A stretch of 64,000 nt of DNA from Amoebophrya sp. A120 (GCA_905178155.1 CAJINV010000007.1:1774331-1838330), one strand, 5' to 3'. Shown: positions 11,094 to 25,001, counted from the stretch's first letter. Numbers and translations: made by a program. Notes: generated by a model from the sequence alone, not told the origin.

Positions 11094-14000
11094 ATGACAA
11101 TGATGACCACCGAGCTGCAGGCGGCGCACGAGGAGGTGCGCCGCAAGGCGCAGTCCATCGCGGAGGTGCTTGCGTACGTGACCGAAATGAAACACCGCTA
11201 CGAGCGGGCCATCGATGCACGCGAGGTGGAGCTAAAAACGGAAATCGAATCCCTGGTGCGCCAGGAAAAGGCAGCGGTGTTGGACCGGGAAAAGGGTTTG
11301 CTGTTACCGTTGCTGCCACTATTACAAGAAAAAGTGTTTACGTTTACGGTTTTCCTTTTTTTGGAAAAAAATTTTTTTGTGGCTACTCAGCACTACCAAT
11401 TTCGATTTTTTTTTTCTCGCAGCCGCGCAGCGATGCCCTTCGCCCTTTCGGGGCTCTGAATTAGTAAAATTGTCGGGAAGCAGCTCGCGCGCAAGATGCG
11501 AAAACTATGAAGCGCCGCCGTAATATTGCGCCCCTTTAGACCTTGAAAGAGCTGCCCAAGCCCTGTCCGGGCTCCAGGGCAATGGTGGCCGTAAGCAAGT
11601 GGCCCAGGGCCCCAGGCACTGGTGACGAGATCCGCCCCCGAAGGCGTCGTAACGATCGACACCGGAGAGGGACCTGTTTGGGTGAGGGGAAATGGATCAT
11701 GGCATGCTGTCTAGAGATGACGTTTACGGTTTTTTAGGGTAGAGGAGAAATCCGAGGAAAAAAGCATCAATTTGGTACCATTTCGAGGCCAAAAATTGCA
11801 AATCCCAGAAAAACCGCAAACACCTTACCTAGACTGCGCGCTATGATCCATTTCCCTCCAGTCAAACTGGGGCAAGCACGCGAGCACACTTTTTGGACAG
11901 GGAAATCGAGCATAGCGTGCTGCCTAGAGAGCATGTTTACGGTTTTTGGGGTCGATTTCATACAAAGCAGCACGTTTTCGGAGGGATGGATCGATCATAC
12001 CATCGTGGTTAGGTAACATGTTTACGGTTTTTTGGGTGCCGGCAAATTTTGGGCTTTTTGGTACCCAAAATTTGCCAATTTCCCACATCCTCAAAAATGC
12101 GACTTTTTCTCCAGTCATGGGGAAAATTTGGCTAGAAGTTCCAAAAGTTCCGAGATGGAAGTTAGGAAGGCCGCACAGCGATAAAGTGGTGGTGAGGCCA
12201 TGCAGATGCCAGCTCTTAGACTCACAAGTCCGAGCCACAGCCACTCCTCGGGGCTGGACCGTCCTGACCCGGGTCCAATAGCCGACGTTGAGGGAAAGGC
12301 ACAGCATCAGGTGGCTCCGGTGGGCGACATTCCGCGTCGCCATACCTTGCGCACTGGCTAGATCCAACCCAGTGAGCTACTGCAGAGTCCCGCAATAGCT
12401 AACAGAGTCAACGAGCCAATTTGAATGTGTAAAAAATGCCCCCAATGCACAGCCAAAAAATTTTTAATCCAAAAAACGACAAACCGTAAACGTAAACACT
12501 TTTTCTTTCGATAGCCACAAAAGTCCAGATGTGCGGCGGCGTTGGTGGAAATTGAAAAGTTGCTGCACAAGGTAAAAAGATTGGTTTGGTCGTTTAGTTT
12601 TAGGGCTTCGTGTGTTCATCTTGAAAGTGCTACCCCTGCTCATCAATGAATGTGTTTGTCATAGTTTTTCTCTATTCGTCGATAATTATCAGCGGCGAGA
12701 GAGCAATTCGTGAGGCCGCGGCAACTACAAACACCAACTGTTAGGTCCACGCCGCCGAAGCGGGCACTCCGTCTCTTCATCCCGCAGACAAGGCGCAACT
12801 CGCGGACGAAGTGAAAGCGACGCTAAAAGCAACCGAACCGACCCGACGGGGAACGGACCTGGCACAGCTCCCCGTCGACGACCTGGTGTCGCAGTGGGAA
12901 AAAATCCCGTCCTGGCGCGTTGTCGTTGCCCCGCCGGAACGGGAAGTAATCATGCCGACCTACTACAAGTCAAGGATGCTGCAGCAGCAGAGAAAGGGAA
13001 CCCAGCAACTCTACCAGCGGCCGCTTTCTTCGAAAGCGCGGAAGCACAAAAGAGACCCGAATGTTGACGGCAGGGCGGCTTACTCGGAGCAAGGCGGCGC
13101 GTGGGTGTATGAAGACTTGCTGCACGCGCAAAAGCAGGATGAGAGGGGAAACGCAAATGAGGTTTTTGACCATGAGTTTGAGTCTGGTTCTGCACAGCTC
13201 CTTCACGGCGATCCGTACGAAGGGACAAGTGCGGGCCTGCTACATACAAGCTTGACAGCGAAACGCCCGGCGCATGCTGGTGGTGGCAAATCATCCTCGA
13301 AGAAGCAGGTGCGGGGGCAGGAGCACTACGAAGTAGGCCCCAGCGATAGTACAATATCGCGACCCCAGCCCGACAGATCAGGAAGAAGTGGCGCAGCACC
13401 ATCCTCTTCACATCAGCAGTACACGAGTATGGAGCACCAGGTACATGATCACCGATTTCAGCCGCCCACTCGGCGTGGAGGTGGTGAATCCAGTGGGCGT
13501 GCGCTTTCTTCTTCCGCTAGATTTGTATCCGAGGGGGCACAGCGACAGCACGAGCACCAACATTCTCAAGGACCAGGCGGTGTTCCAAAGGCGCGCAGCG
13601 CGTGGGAAAGAACATCAGAGGCAAGAAGCAGGCCGAATAAGCACAACAAATACAGCAGCAACATCAGCGCCAGCGGAAAGTACCCCGGACTTGCTGCTCA
13701 GCATCCACTTCCGGGCAAATCCCTACACGACCAGCAACTTCTTTTGCGCGACCAATCGATCTCCAGCTTGCGACCGCAGAGTTCCAAAGCGCGGAAACAC
13801 AAGCGGGTGTTTCTGCGTCCGGCGGAAGTGGAGGAGGATCAATTTGTGTTTTACGACAATGCCGTGGAGGAGGATCAGTTTCGGGGGAGGAATTTACTGG
13901 TCAGCAGGACCGGACCGTTGGAGCTCGCGGACATCGACATCAGTGACGATGAGAGTGACGACGAGGATGGGTCGGTATTGTCGGGGGGAAAGGAAGATTT

Positions 14001-16490
14001 CCTGGTGAAAGGTATAGAGTTTGTGTTTGATACTTCGCTTCTGATTAATATACCGATAGCAGAGCAGCTGTGTAGTACAAGAAGAAGAACGATGATTGAT
14101 GCGGATGCGGGAGTTGTCACATCTCGCCTGCGCGAAAATTTCCGAGAGTCAGCCATGTGGAGTGGGAAAAGTAGTAACACTAACCAGGGAAAATATAATT
14201 ATGAACAGGTGGCTCCAATGTTCCCGTGCTTGCTCCGCCATCCGAAGACGATGCGAGTGTGGATCCAGGCAGAACAGATTTTCCTAGTGGTAGGGGCGCA
14301 GGCGCTCCTGCAGACGCAGTACTAAAGCAGCGCACCGTTTCGAGTGTAGTACCACCTTCACAAGACGCAACGCCTTTAGCCGCGCCCGCAACAGACACTG
14401 TCGCGGAAAGCTATGCACGGGAGTCGGAGAGGAAAGTTCGAGAGTTCTTTCTGAACAAACAGCAGGAAAAGAAGTCAAGGGGCCCGGAAAGTAGAGCGGA
14501 TGGTGGCGGTGAGCATGACAAAACTGCTCCGATTTCGTCTTCCAGTAGCAATGCTGACGCGGACTTTGTCCACGTCTCTGCAGTTGAGGAGGAGGGCGGT
14601 GGGGGCGGACGCGACGAGAAAGTAGACTCAGACCTCGCACCAGAGCAAAACACGTTTGTCAGCGCGACCTCTCCGACAGCGAACGCGTCGGAGCAAGCAG
14701 CGAAGACATCAGCTGTGCCTCCAGAACCTCCCGAAACTACCTCGAAACAAAACTACGAACGCGCGTCATCATCTTTTTGGAAAACTACAGCTGATCAGGA
14801 TGAAACCGATGACCCGGCGCCCGCGGAGAAGATTCGAAAGCGGAAAAGCCCTCGCAGATCGCCACACCGTGCGCATGACAAGGCCGCCACCAAGGAAGAT
14901 GCTAGTAGGGAAAAACCTGAAACCAGACAAAACATTGAGCGTCTCGATTTTTCCTACAACGAAGACCTTGACTATTCCGCGCCGGACAAGGTTGAGAGCT
15001 TACTCGCGGAAGTGGATTCCGCGCTGCAGCAGAGCAACGCCAATGCGTCCTTTATCTCCGCCGTGTCGATGAAATTTTCCCCGAAAAGGCGGAATCAGAG
15101 TGCGGAAGATTTCCGTGCGTCCGCGGAGGACATCATTGCGCAGATACGGGCTGGTATAGACCTGTTCTTTTGTTCGGATGCTAGTCATTAGTATTGAGAC
15201 GAGTGAATGTGAAATAATGACCACGCTTCTCATAACTAGACGCGCGTAGAATTATGGTGAAAATTAAAATTTATGTTGCAGATGATGTATCAGTATTACC
15301 CTTCACTTTCACAACAACTTCTCAAAACTTCAGGCCATAACCCGTCCGACGGTCAAGCACAAGATCCGGGCCACCTCCCCCCGGCGGAGCAAGTAGATCG
15401 TCAGCAGTCCAAGGACGACGATTTCATTATCTATGACGACGAGGACGATTCTTCTGAGGGCGTGGACCAACAGGACGTGGAAATCAGAAACCACCTCGAA
15501 GAGTACTACCAACGGCACCCGGGCCGGAGAAGACCGACCACGTCGAGAACGCCGGTGACTGGTACAACTTCTGGGAGTGGAGTGGTTATGTCGGCGCCGG
15601 CCACCGCGCACCCGGAGTCAAGGGCTGTGAAGGAAAAAGATTTATTGGCTTCTGGTGGAACAAGCTACCTTGTTGAAGATTCGCGAGGACGAGGAGGTGG
15701 TGGAGCGCGTAAGTACCAACACCAAGTCGTAGAGCCTGCTGCGACCACCTCTCGCACTGCTCCTCTGGGTCAACAGCATTTGTTCTATCCCAGCGCCACG
15801 AACAGTTCTACTGCCGCAGGTGCTGTCCATTCCGGACCCGGACGGTCCCAAGCGCAAGGCGTGTCCTCCTCTTCACCGCAGGCACAGCCCACTACTTCTG
15901 CAGCGAACCATTCGACGACGCGGTACCAGGCCAAGCCCCTCGCTGGTCATTCGTACTTCGGAACCGCAAATACAACGAGCACAATGCCAGCGTCCTCCTC
16001 CACCACCAGCCCTCGACCGCTGCAGGTCCAATCCTCCTCAAGACCGGGGCCGGCAGCTTCTTCCTATGAGAACTCTCGGACTCTGCAAGCCGTCCCCGGC
16101 GAGCAGAATTTCGAAATCAAACCGACTTTCAACTGCTACGTGCCTGGGAAGGAGATGCCCGGGCTGCCGCCGGTCCTCCAGGTCGCCGTGAATCTGACGA
16201 AGAACAAGCAGAACAGTGTAGGCGAGGTGATTCAGGCGTTGAAGGAACAGCACTACGCGCTTTTGGCGTCCGGGACAAATTTAAATTCGGGCTGCAATGG
16301 TGGTGGTGGTAACTCGAGTTCGAAAAAGAAATCCTCCTCGTTGCAGCTTACGCTTTGCCTCCGAACCCACGAATCCGGCACGCCGATCTGGTTGTGCGAT
16401 TCAGAAGTGGTGCAAGACGTTTTGCGCGAATGGAAGCCGGTGTCGGATCCTGGGGTGGATTGGCCGAGGCTTTACTTGCAGCCAATTTGA
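11094..16490 (+). CDS. Large protein: N-terminal coiled coil, long low-complexity region, C-terminal Ras-association/ubiquitin-like fold candidate
   Basis: Exons ~11094-11319, 12519-12571, 12745-14011, 14209-15153 and 15334-16490 join in frame (LLPLLP|QKSRC..., LLHK|VHAAE, VKG|GSNV, IRAG|HNPS). One introner and three GT-AG introns. Repeated motif RP(L/Q)SSKARKHKR. The RA-like call is inference; further upstream exons are possible. Confidence 0.72.
11320..12513. mobile_element. Introner / non-canonical intron, 1194 bp
   Basis: GCCAC duplication (11315-11319 / 12514-12518), TA...TA ends, perfect 27-bp TIR aagaaaaagtgtttacgtttacggttt (11326-11352 / 12481-12507). Removal restores the frame. Confidence 0.92.
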
Positions 16491-17539
16491 GTTCCTGGAG
16501 GAAAGATTGGGGCGGTCAGACTCTTTGACGTTACAATTCGTGACCGAGGATATTGATATCCCAGGCTCAGGCAAACATTGACTAACATTTAAACATAAAC
16601 TTAAGCTAGTTTCGATGTCTTTTACGATTCACGCAGCACATGCAGCTTTGCTGCGTGCTTCTACGCGTTTGGTTTCTTTCTGAAAATAGTTCAGTGTTGT
16701 GGTTTCTTTTTCAAGATGAAGAGTGGAGTATCAATATCTCACAAAAAGAAAAAGGATCTACACCAGACCCAGAGGCGCGTCGCTTCCTACTACGTCGCGG
16801 CCTCTATCTGTTCTCAAAGCGAAATTATTTTTCATCGTGCGAAGTTTAAGTTTTGTATTGCTGTCACGTGTATTTGGAACTACAACTACCACGAGAGGCG
16901 TGTTGTCGCGTAGACTCACACGCGACGATAAAGACCAAGAAACTGAAACAGGTCCGGGAGGAGGAGCAACAGAGAGATGAGGATCACAGCTCAGTCAGAA
17001 GAAGCAGCGGAGGTCTACTCAAGTTACGCAACCGTAAGGAGATAAACCACCACGGAAGATCAAGCCATTGTATATGCTGAGGATAAAGAATAAGAATTGC
17101 GAAAGACCACACGAGATCTTTTGAGATATTTCGGCAAGCTCTGTCGATTGCTTATTTCAAGGGAAGAGCAAGAGCGGCGCAAAAGAGACATCAAACACCA
17201 GCAGAGCACGCAGCTCGAGCTTCTCCGACTCGTCCGGTTTCTGGTCCCCTGCATGAGAGCCCCCCTGTCCTGAGTTCTTGCAGGTTTTGTTTCGCGTCTG
17301 CGTGAGGCAGTCGAGGAGGAACTGGACGACTCTGGGCTAGTACCACCACGGGGCTGTTTCATCTAGCTGCTCTCGTTCTTCACGATCAGCTACTACAGTA
17401 GGCAGGGACCGTAGAGAGCAGTACACGAGCGCTCCTCCGGTGCATTCGACGACCGAGGAAGATCATTCAGTTTCGGCACCGCTCGGCTGACACTGTTGTA
17501 GCGTTACAGTTACTTACTTCCCGTTCGCGGACAGTCAAA

Positions 17540-18204
17540 ATGCAGAAGCAGGCGGTAGAAAACAGCTACGTGCTCGCGCCGGAGTACAAAAACAAATTTA
17601 GGCAACCAACGGTCAAGGAGATACTGAAGGAGATTTTGAACGACAAGCTGCAAGGGGTCACCTACCACGCAGAAGGGTCAAATGTGCTGGCGAAGCAGGT
17701 ATGATAAGGTCATGTGTGCTGTAGCATACATCACAGATTGCAGGTCCCGATTTTTTTACTAGCGTAGAGAAATAGCAGAGAAAGCTGTTCCTGTAGTGCT
17801 GATGAATTATAGAAAACCAAACAATCCAACACCAGGTGGCAGACGAGATAAAAGAACGACTAAGAGACGAACAGCAGGCACAGCGATTGGATTCACGATA
17901 CAAAATCGTTACACAGGTAATTACACCACTCAAACACAAACCTATGGTTATGATTTGCATCCACGATAATGCAATGGCAATTCATGTTTATTTGTTGTGC
18001 TTTTGCTTCATATCTTCTTCACACTTCTTCTTGGGACTTCAACAACCACATCACGAGGTATTTATCCTGGAGCAGCGAGGGCAGGGTGTGCGGATCGGCC
18101 ACCGGGCTTTCTGGGATGAAGAGACGGACTCTTTCGCAACGGAGAGTTTTTCAAACGATCACATCTTCTGCGTCGCCACCGCCTACGGAATCTACTTTTA
18201 CTAG
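17540..18204 (+). CDS. Tctex1-family dynein light chain (TCTEX1D2/DYNLT2B-like)
   Basis: Exons 17540-17698, 17836-17916 and 18058-18204. Protein MQKQAVENSYVLAPEYKNKFRQ...RYKIVTQVFILEQRGQGVRIGHRAFWDEETDSFA...FCVATAYGIYFY is a typical Tctex1 domain. Exon 1 is not in the ORF track. Confidence 0.92.
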
Positions 18205-18502
18205 AGGAAGGACTGGCTGTGGTTGTACAGTACGAGCGCTCTCGATGTCTGCGGAAGGGGGAAGATAACTGCTCAGAAGTAGTCGCACGTGACTCGCATA
18301 CTTCCGATAGGCTGTCGATCAAAAATGTGAACAATTCAATCATAAGCGTGGTTTTTATTGAAGACCATTGATCTGAGCTTTAAGTTTAAGTTTAACTAAC
18401 TTCAAAGAATTGTGCAGCTGCCAAAGTGCCAAACGATCAGAAAAAAATACGCAGAGAAAAAGCAGCTGCAGTGCGCATGCGTTTGCGTTTGCCATGAGTA
18501 GA

Positions 18503-20783
18503 TATTTCAATAAAAGGTCGGATGTCTAGTGGCGGCGACTGCGATGCTCTCCATTGTTTGGATGTTGTTCATGTTTCGCGGCGTGTTGCTATTTTTGTTG
18601 GCTCTTGCTATAGATTATCACGCCCTGCGCCCGCCCCGTCATCTTTCTCCGCCTGGCAGGCGCGTGCGCGCAGGGGGAGCCGACACAGACGCGGACGGAG
18701 AACGCAGCCACGCGGGCAAGACAGACACAGCCACGCGCCCGAGAGGCAGGGGCCAGCAAGCCGACGCAGACGCGCGCGCGCTGCCACCAAGGAGGGGGCG
18801 GGCGCGTCAGTTCGGCGCCCTCGGGGAAAAAAAAAACGCAGCGGCGCCGGAGCTTCAGAACGCGCGCGCGTGCCGTCTGTCTCTGTGGGTGCGGGCCAGC
18901 TGCGTAGTTCCGGAGCCATTGGACGCCCGCGCTTTCGCCCTGGCCTATTGCCGGCCGGTAGCCGCGCTACAGATTACGTCTGCCCCATCGGCGAGCTCTC
19001 TGCCGCCGCTAAGGCCGCGGCGAAGGATGCCCGCGCCAAGGGGCGCGGCGCTGCCTGGCCCTTCCCGCGGAAAAAGCGCGAGGAGTTGCGAAACACGCGC
19101 AGGCGGCCGGATGTCGCCGCCCGCGAAGCAGAGGCCGCCGGTCGGGTGGAGAGGTGCGCTGGCCGCCTACCGTGTGGGGGCCCTTCCTCCCTGTCCTTGC
19201 CGCGGGCGGTTTTGTGGTTGGGCCGGAGGAAGCGGCCGGGGGGGCGGCCATAGATATTGGGCCAGTTTGCCCAAATCAAAATAAGGCTCACTCTAGTCCC
19301 GATCTGTAATCGAAGTCATAGTGTGAAGATCGCGTGCGATGTCTGTGGTCCGATTTAGAGCAAATTTCTGAACAGTTTGAGCGGGAATCTTTACCCCCTT
19401 ACAGGCTGGGGCGCTAGTACCGCTAGCGATTGACTGCAAAACGAGACGCCCGCGGAGAGAAGTGGCCCGCTATGAATTGCGAAAGCGCCGCGCGCGGGAG
19501 GTCAGCTCCGACACTCTGGCGCTGGACATTAAGGAGCTTGCTGGAGAAGGGGCGGGCTGCGAAGGCGGGGCGAGCGCGCCCCCATAAGCAGCCTGCGGCG
19601 GCTCCAGGCGCAAAGGGCATAGCGAGAATCTACCTGGTTCGGGGCGGGGTTCCGGTGGCGCCGTTGTTTTCTATGAAAGAAAGGAAGCGACGACCGGCAA
19701 AATCGGAGCGCTCTGCCGCGTCGTGGTGCTTGCCGCTTCCAGCCGAATGGCCCTTCCAGGGGCGCGGCGTGATCTACCCGCAACGCGCCCTGCATGTACA
19801 TGGCCCAGCTGTGTGATGAGACGCAGAAACGGGAAGAGCCGACGGCCTTCGGTGGTCACTGTCCTGAGTAGGGGCGCCGCCTTCTTGGCCGGCCCCGCGG
19901 GGCTGCCTGCCTTTGGGAGGGGGGAAAGCCACCAAGGGCCCCACGGTGGGCCAGGCCACCCAGCACGCCCCGCGGCGCGGCAGGCGCAAAAACGTGCGCC
20001 AGTGGGGGGGGGGGGTGGGTGGCTTGCGGAATTTGGCGCGCCGGCCAATCTAGCAAGCTAGCTCGCTGCCCGCCGGGGGGGCGGGCAGCGCCTGCGCCAC
20101 TGGTTGGCTTTTGGTCGGCAGGTTTGCGGCTTCCTGGGGTTGTGGCACGGCTTGCAGCTGCCCGCAGGGGGGCTTGGGCCATTTGTTGGCCCGCCATTGT
20201 GGCAGTTGTTGTTACAGGAGGTGTGTGCGTTTTGCTTTGGGGCGTGCAACCTGGGTCGCTGCCACCATGCCGCGCCAACAGGTAGGGCCCATTAGCGCGG
20301 CGCCGCCGAGCGGCCGGGCCGCGTCGGTCCGCGGCCGCCCCCCGGGCGTATTAATTGGCTTGCCAAGGATGCCAGCGCGCCGGGTCAACGCGGTCGCTTG
20401 CTAGCGCGCATGGCATAGAGACATAGTTCCTTCAGCCGGTTGGTCGTGTGCGACGCCTCCTCGACTTATGGGTATGCACACCGCAGCGGCTCGCCTGGCT
20501 CCTGAGCTTGCGACCCCTTCTGGCATGAAGAGTGCTCGTTTTCTGTGGCAGGCGTGTTCTTACGAGGCAGCGTTGGCCGCTCTATTCCTGTGCCTGCCGT
20601 GCCGTTGCCGAGTGTCGTATGCGAGAAAGTTGGCTCTGCAGCAGGATCCTCAGACTTCCTCTCTGCTCCCTGGAGGTCACCACGGTCCTCGCGCGTTGAT
20701 CTTAGTCTTACTTTTCATTTTCCACGACTCGACGCCTGCTTCATTAATTAGGTATAAGTTTGCTTTGTTCGATAAGTTGAATA
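18503..20783. other. GC-rich non-coding island, possibly a decayed large element
   Basis: Very GC-rich, with only R/A/G/P-rich overlapping ORFs. Possible ends TATTTCAA / TTGAATA with imperfect flanks GTAGA/TTAGC. Short similarity to the 9.5-10.8 kb island. Confidence 0.35.
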
Positions 20784-20809
20784 TTAGCTCAAGGAAAAAC
20801 TACAAAAAG

Positions 20810-23800
20810 ATGATGCCTTCGCGTCGTTGTACTAGCAGTCGGCGGACTCTTCTGTCCGGTGTATGCTCTGCGTTCTTGGCTGCATTGTTGCAAAACGCGA
20901 CAGGCGCAGCTGTTACGCCGACAAGCTCTACTAGTATCTCAGGCTCCTCGGCGGGCGAAGGATATTTTTATCGCGAGGACCAGCAAGAACACGACGTGCG
21001 CACGTCCCCCGCACATAGTGACGGTGCTCAGGAGGAACACCAGCACGACCAACAGCTAGATCATGAAGCGACATCCTCCTCATCCGGTGCCTCGACCCCA
21101 GAACAGGTCTCTTCCCCAACTTGCTCGTCTTCCTCGTCGCTCCTCGCTCGAGGCCTGGGACCAGGCGGACCCACCACTGGGGATGTTGCTGATAATTGCA
21201 ACACGTCAGATCACAGCATGCTCCTGCTGCAGAAGGGATCTCCGCGGGGAGCAGAGCAAGACTGGATGGCGTTGTCACAACTTCTGGTGGACGAGATGAG
21301 CGAGTATGTCATCGTCGAAGAGGATGGAGAAGAGAAGCCAGCGACAGGCTCGGCGCAAGGCCAAAAGCACAAGCAACAAGAAGCAGAGGGACTCGGAGGT
21401 GGATCTGGCGCGTCAGCCTCCTCCTCCGGGATTACAGGTCAAGGAGCTCCTTCTGTGCCGGAGATGACGCAAAACACCAGTCGCGGCGCGCTGGCCGCGC
21501 TACCCGAGGAGGGGGAGCCCCGGCAGGGAAACGGTGACGCCGGTGCGGGGCAAGAGCAGCCGCTGGGGTTTCTTGGAGGGTATGTAAGGGGTCGCCTTGC
21601 TAAATGTTTTCTGTTGGATTGGCAATCCGGGGCATTGGTATGCAGAATTACCACTGCTACATTGCCATTGTATGTCATGCATGTCTGCTTCTCAGTCGTA
21701 GGTATCGAGTCTTTCGCTTTAAAAACAGCTTCCTCCGCTTCGTAAAGAAGCCACCGTCGACCTGCGGTTCTGGCGAAACGGTTTCTAGTCGCGAACTAGC
21801 GCCTTCTGATCCAGACGGTGGCGGCTCTGAGGTAAAAAAAATTGACAACTTTTGCTCGATGTACTACTGTTTTTGTAACTAGTTGTCTAGTCAGTCTTGC
21901 TAAAAATCATGTGTAGTAGTTGCATCAAATTCGCGTTTGCAGCGCACCAAACGACATCATCAAGAAAACAAAATCACTCGATTTAGGGGCCCGAAAACAC
22001 TGGCGCTACAGCCTGTGGCGTTCACCGGTCGCCGAGCACGGAAGCGGTGCTCATGGCCGAGGAGGATAAGGCGGATACTCAGAACGAAATCGAGTTGGGA
22101 GCGGAGGAAAATACCAGCATTCCTCTTATCCCGTCCCCGCAGATGACCATGGTTGTGGAAGAACAGAACGAATGCGAATGGGGAGGCGGACAATTATACG
22201 CTCCAGGGCATCAAGTGGAGTCGAGCTCAAGTTTTACTGAAAGAGCCAACATTGTGGTCTCTGCAAACGCATCTCCAGAAGGAACTGGAGCTGCTGGCCG
22301 CACTCTTATAACTGCGTCGTCAACGACTGAGACGGAAGGCGGTGGGGGTCCTCCGAGCGCGGCAACAAGAACTACAAGCGCAACAAGTAAATCAAGCACT
22401 ACTTTTCTGGCGCCCACAGCAGCCTACTTGGAAGGTCATCCACCCCCTGTGAAGCCGAAACCGCTGGAGCAACCATTTTCCCCGTTCTCCTCGTTTTCCG
22501 CGGGGTCCACGGCGTCTCCGCTATGACGTTCTCAACTGTTACATTCTCAACTGTTGCGTGATTTGTCATGCAAAATTGCCATAAGCCGGCACGCGTCACG
22601 CGATCAAGGTGCTTCGCATGACAAATTATCTAAATCTGTTCCAAATTTATAATGCAAAGCACGCAATCTTCCCGCGTTCACTTTTGCTGTTCTTGCATGA
22701 CAAATTCATGTAACAGTTGAGACTGTAACATTTGAGAATTCCATATCCGCCGCTATCACCGTCGGAGATGGACGCAACAAGCAAAACTATTGGGGGAAGA
22801 TCATCTACCTCAGGCGCTGCCGTTTCTGGTCCTCAGCCTGTGTATCAGGATAGAAATCAGCAGCACCCACACTACGCCGAACCCATTTCTCTCGCCGCGG
22901 CCGCTACAACCTGTATTTCTAACCTCGAAGGCCAAAAGCAAGTGACCGACTTTGTGAATGCGGTCTGCCAACACGAGCACCCGCTCGCTGGGAGTATGAT
23001 CGACCTTGAAGGAGGGGCATCAACAGCTTCTACGGTGGCTGCAGCACAGCTGCAAAATCACCAAGGGCGTGAGCAGCATCCCGCGCCCGCCTCTACTACT
23101 GCTGCTTTCTACGGTCCAACCATCACCACTCGGCCCCCGCAGTCCACGAAGTTGGTTCATCCGCCGGGCGCCATGGCGACAACCTCGACTCCTGATACCA
23201 ACTCCTTGAATTGTCCCACAAACACTTCTCTCGAGAACCTCCACCAACAAATCTCCATGTTCCCCGCAGACGCCGACCCGTGGCACCACTCCTCCTGGGG
23301 TGCGCTGCGACAGGCCTGCGACAGAGTCATCCAAGATCAAGCACAACTCGAGCGCGACATCGAGCGCGCGAAACAGCTGGCAAGTAACGCGGGCGGTGGC
23401 TCTGGTGGAGGTGTTTCTTGCGGTGCGAGGGCGACGAGGCCGCCATGCGTCGAAAATTCGTCCCTTGACCACGCGACAACCATTAACATTGACACCGCAC
23501 CTGTAGTCCCGGTCGTAACTACCGCAAACACCTGCCCCTGGACCGTGTCCGCGGATGTGGCAGACCTCGAAAGCGGTTTGTCGCACTTGACGCTTGACAA
23601 GGAGAGAAAAATGAGTCCGCCCGCGACCCGGTTGATGATGGCAAACACTGTGCAGCCCGGCGTGGTGGTTGGAACACCTCCGACTACAGGCATGGGAGGT
23701 GCTGGAGCATCTGCGGTCTCGTCCTCGGGGAAGGGCTACGGGTATTCTAATACCGGCTCTACGAATCAGCACCCTTTGAACAACGGACCACAGGCCGTGA

Positions 23801-24039
23801 CGGAAGAAGACTTTGCGCAAGCTTGGTACGGCTACGCGCCAAACAAAGAGTACGGGCCGACAAACGGCGGTAGGGACTGCCCTCCTTTCACCAACAACGG
23901 CTTTTTCCAATCCACGGCGGGGAACTGTTTGAAGGAGTGCATCGAGCTGTTGTGCGGCTGCGCGAAAATGGCGGCGACTAGGACGATGCCGGCGAATTAC
24001 GGGGTGGTCAGGACCGACCCAGTGAGGAAGAATGAGTGA
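20810..24039 (+). CDS. Putative secreted low-complexity (S/T/A/Q-rich) protein
   Basis: Signal-peptide-like N-terminus (RRTLLSGVCSAFLAALLQNATGA). Exons 20810-21579, 21702-21831, 21987-22521 and 22751-24039 join in frame through two GT-AG introns and one introner. Confidence 0.7.
22522..22745. mobile_element. Introner, 224 bp
   Basis: TCCGC duplication. TIR tatgacgttctcaactgttacattctcaactgtt vs reverse complement tatggaattctcaaatgttacagtctcaactgtt. Removal gives ASP|PLSPSEM. Confidence 0.92.
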
Positions 24040-25001
24040 CGAGGCGGGTCGTGGAAAGGACGTGTAGTAGAAGTACAAACTGAAACTGGACTTCTGCATT
24101 AGCAGTAGGGTTCCTCGGTCATCGCCACTATAGGTTTCCTCCGCTTGGTGCTACTTTTTTTGAGAATACTATATCCGACGAGCTTTGTATTGTTTCAAGA
24201 CCAAGCAAATTTTCGCTGTCACAGCACGAAAATGTTGATGGCTATTTTGAGAATACAAGAAAACGACAGAAGTTTACGAGATTTTCTATCAAGAGCAAGG
24301 GCCTACATCCAACACTGAGTTTGCAGTTCATGATCCATGGCTTATCCGTATCACTTTCCTTTTTACGCTTCCGAGTTCCATCAATTTCATATGTACTAAG
24401 CAAAATCTTGAAAAACATTGCGCCTCTCCGAAAGAAATGTATCCTGCTGATGTCCGCAAAATATTTTGACCAAAGTGATTTTGTGATCGAAGACAAATTA
24501 AAATGTAAGGAAAGGACCAGAGCGAGAGGGTGCTACTCGACAAAAAAAATGTTGGTGTTGTCGTTCGCTTAAAATCGAAAGCTTGAAGATCTTTTTCGAT
24601 CTCGAAGATCAAGAACAGTCTTCGCAAAAACTTCGCGGCGTGACATCAAAACCTTTTTGATATCTTCACGAACTACAAATTTTCATCAGGAATTGCTACG
24701 CCAAAGTAGGTATGACGGCCACTCAAGAAGCGCTGTTGTAAAAACTGTAACGACAAAGGATTTTTTTATTTAGGTACAACATCGATTATTTCAGTAGCTA
24801 GGTAGTACTCTGTTTTCGTGCACAAAGAAAGTTCTTCACCGGAAAAATTGTTGTATCGTAGCAGGCACAAGAAAACCATCAAAACCAGAAAGAAGCAGGT
24901 AGAATATGTACCACGAGAGTGATTTTCAGTAGACTTTTGACAGGAAAATATCCTCTTTGTGAACACCAACACGAAAGAATCTACCTCCGAAAGCCGACAA
25001 A

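Noticed and set aside
12781-12790. cccgcag at 12787 as splice acceptor
   Set aside because: It gives an immediate stop; the acceptor at 12744 keeps the frame.
18522-20404. ORFs in the GC island
   Set aside because: Same compositional artefact; no domain signal.
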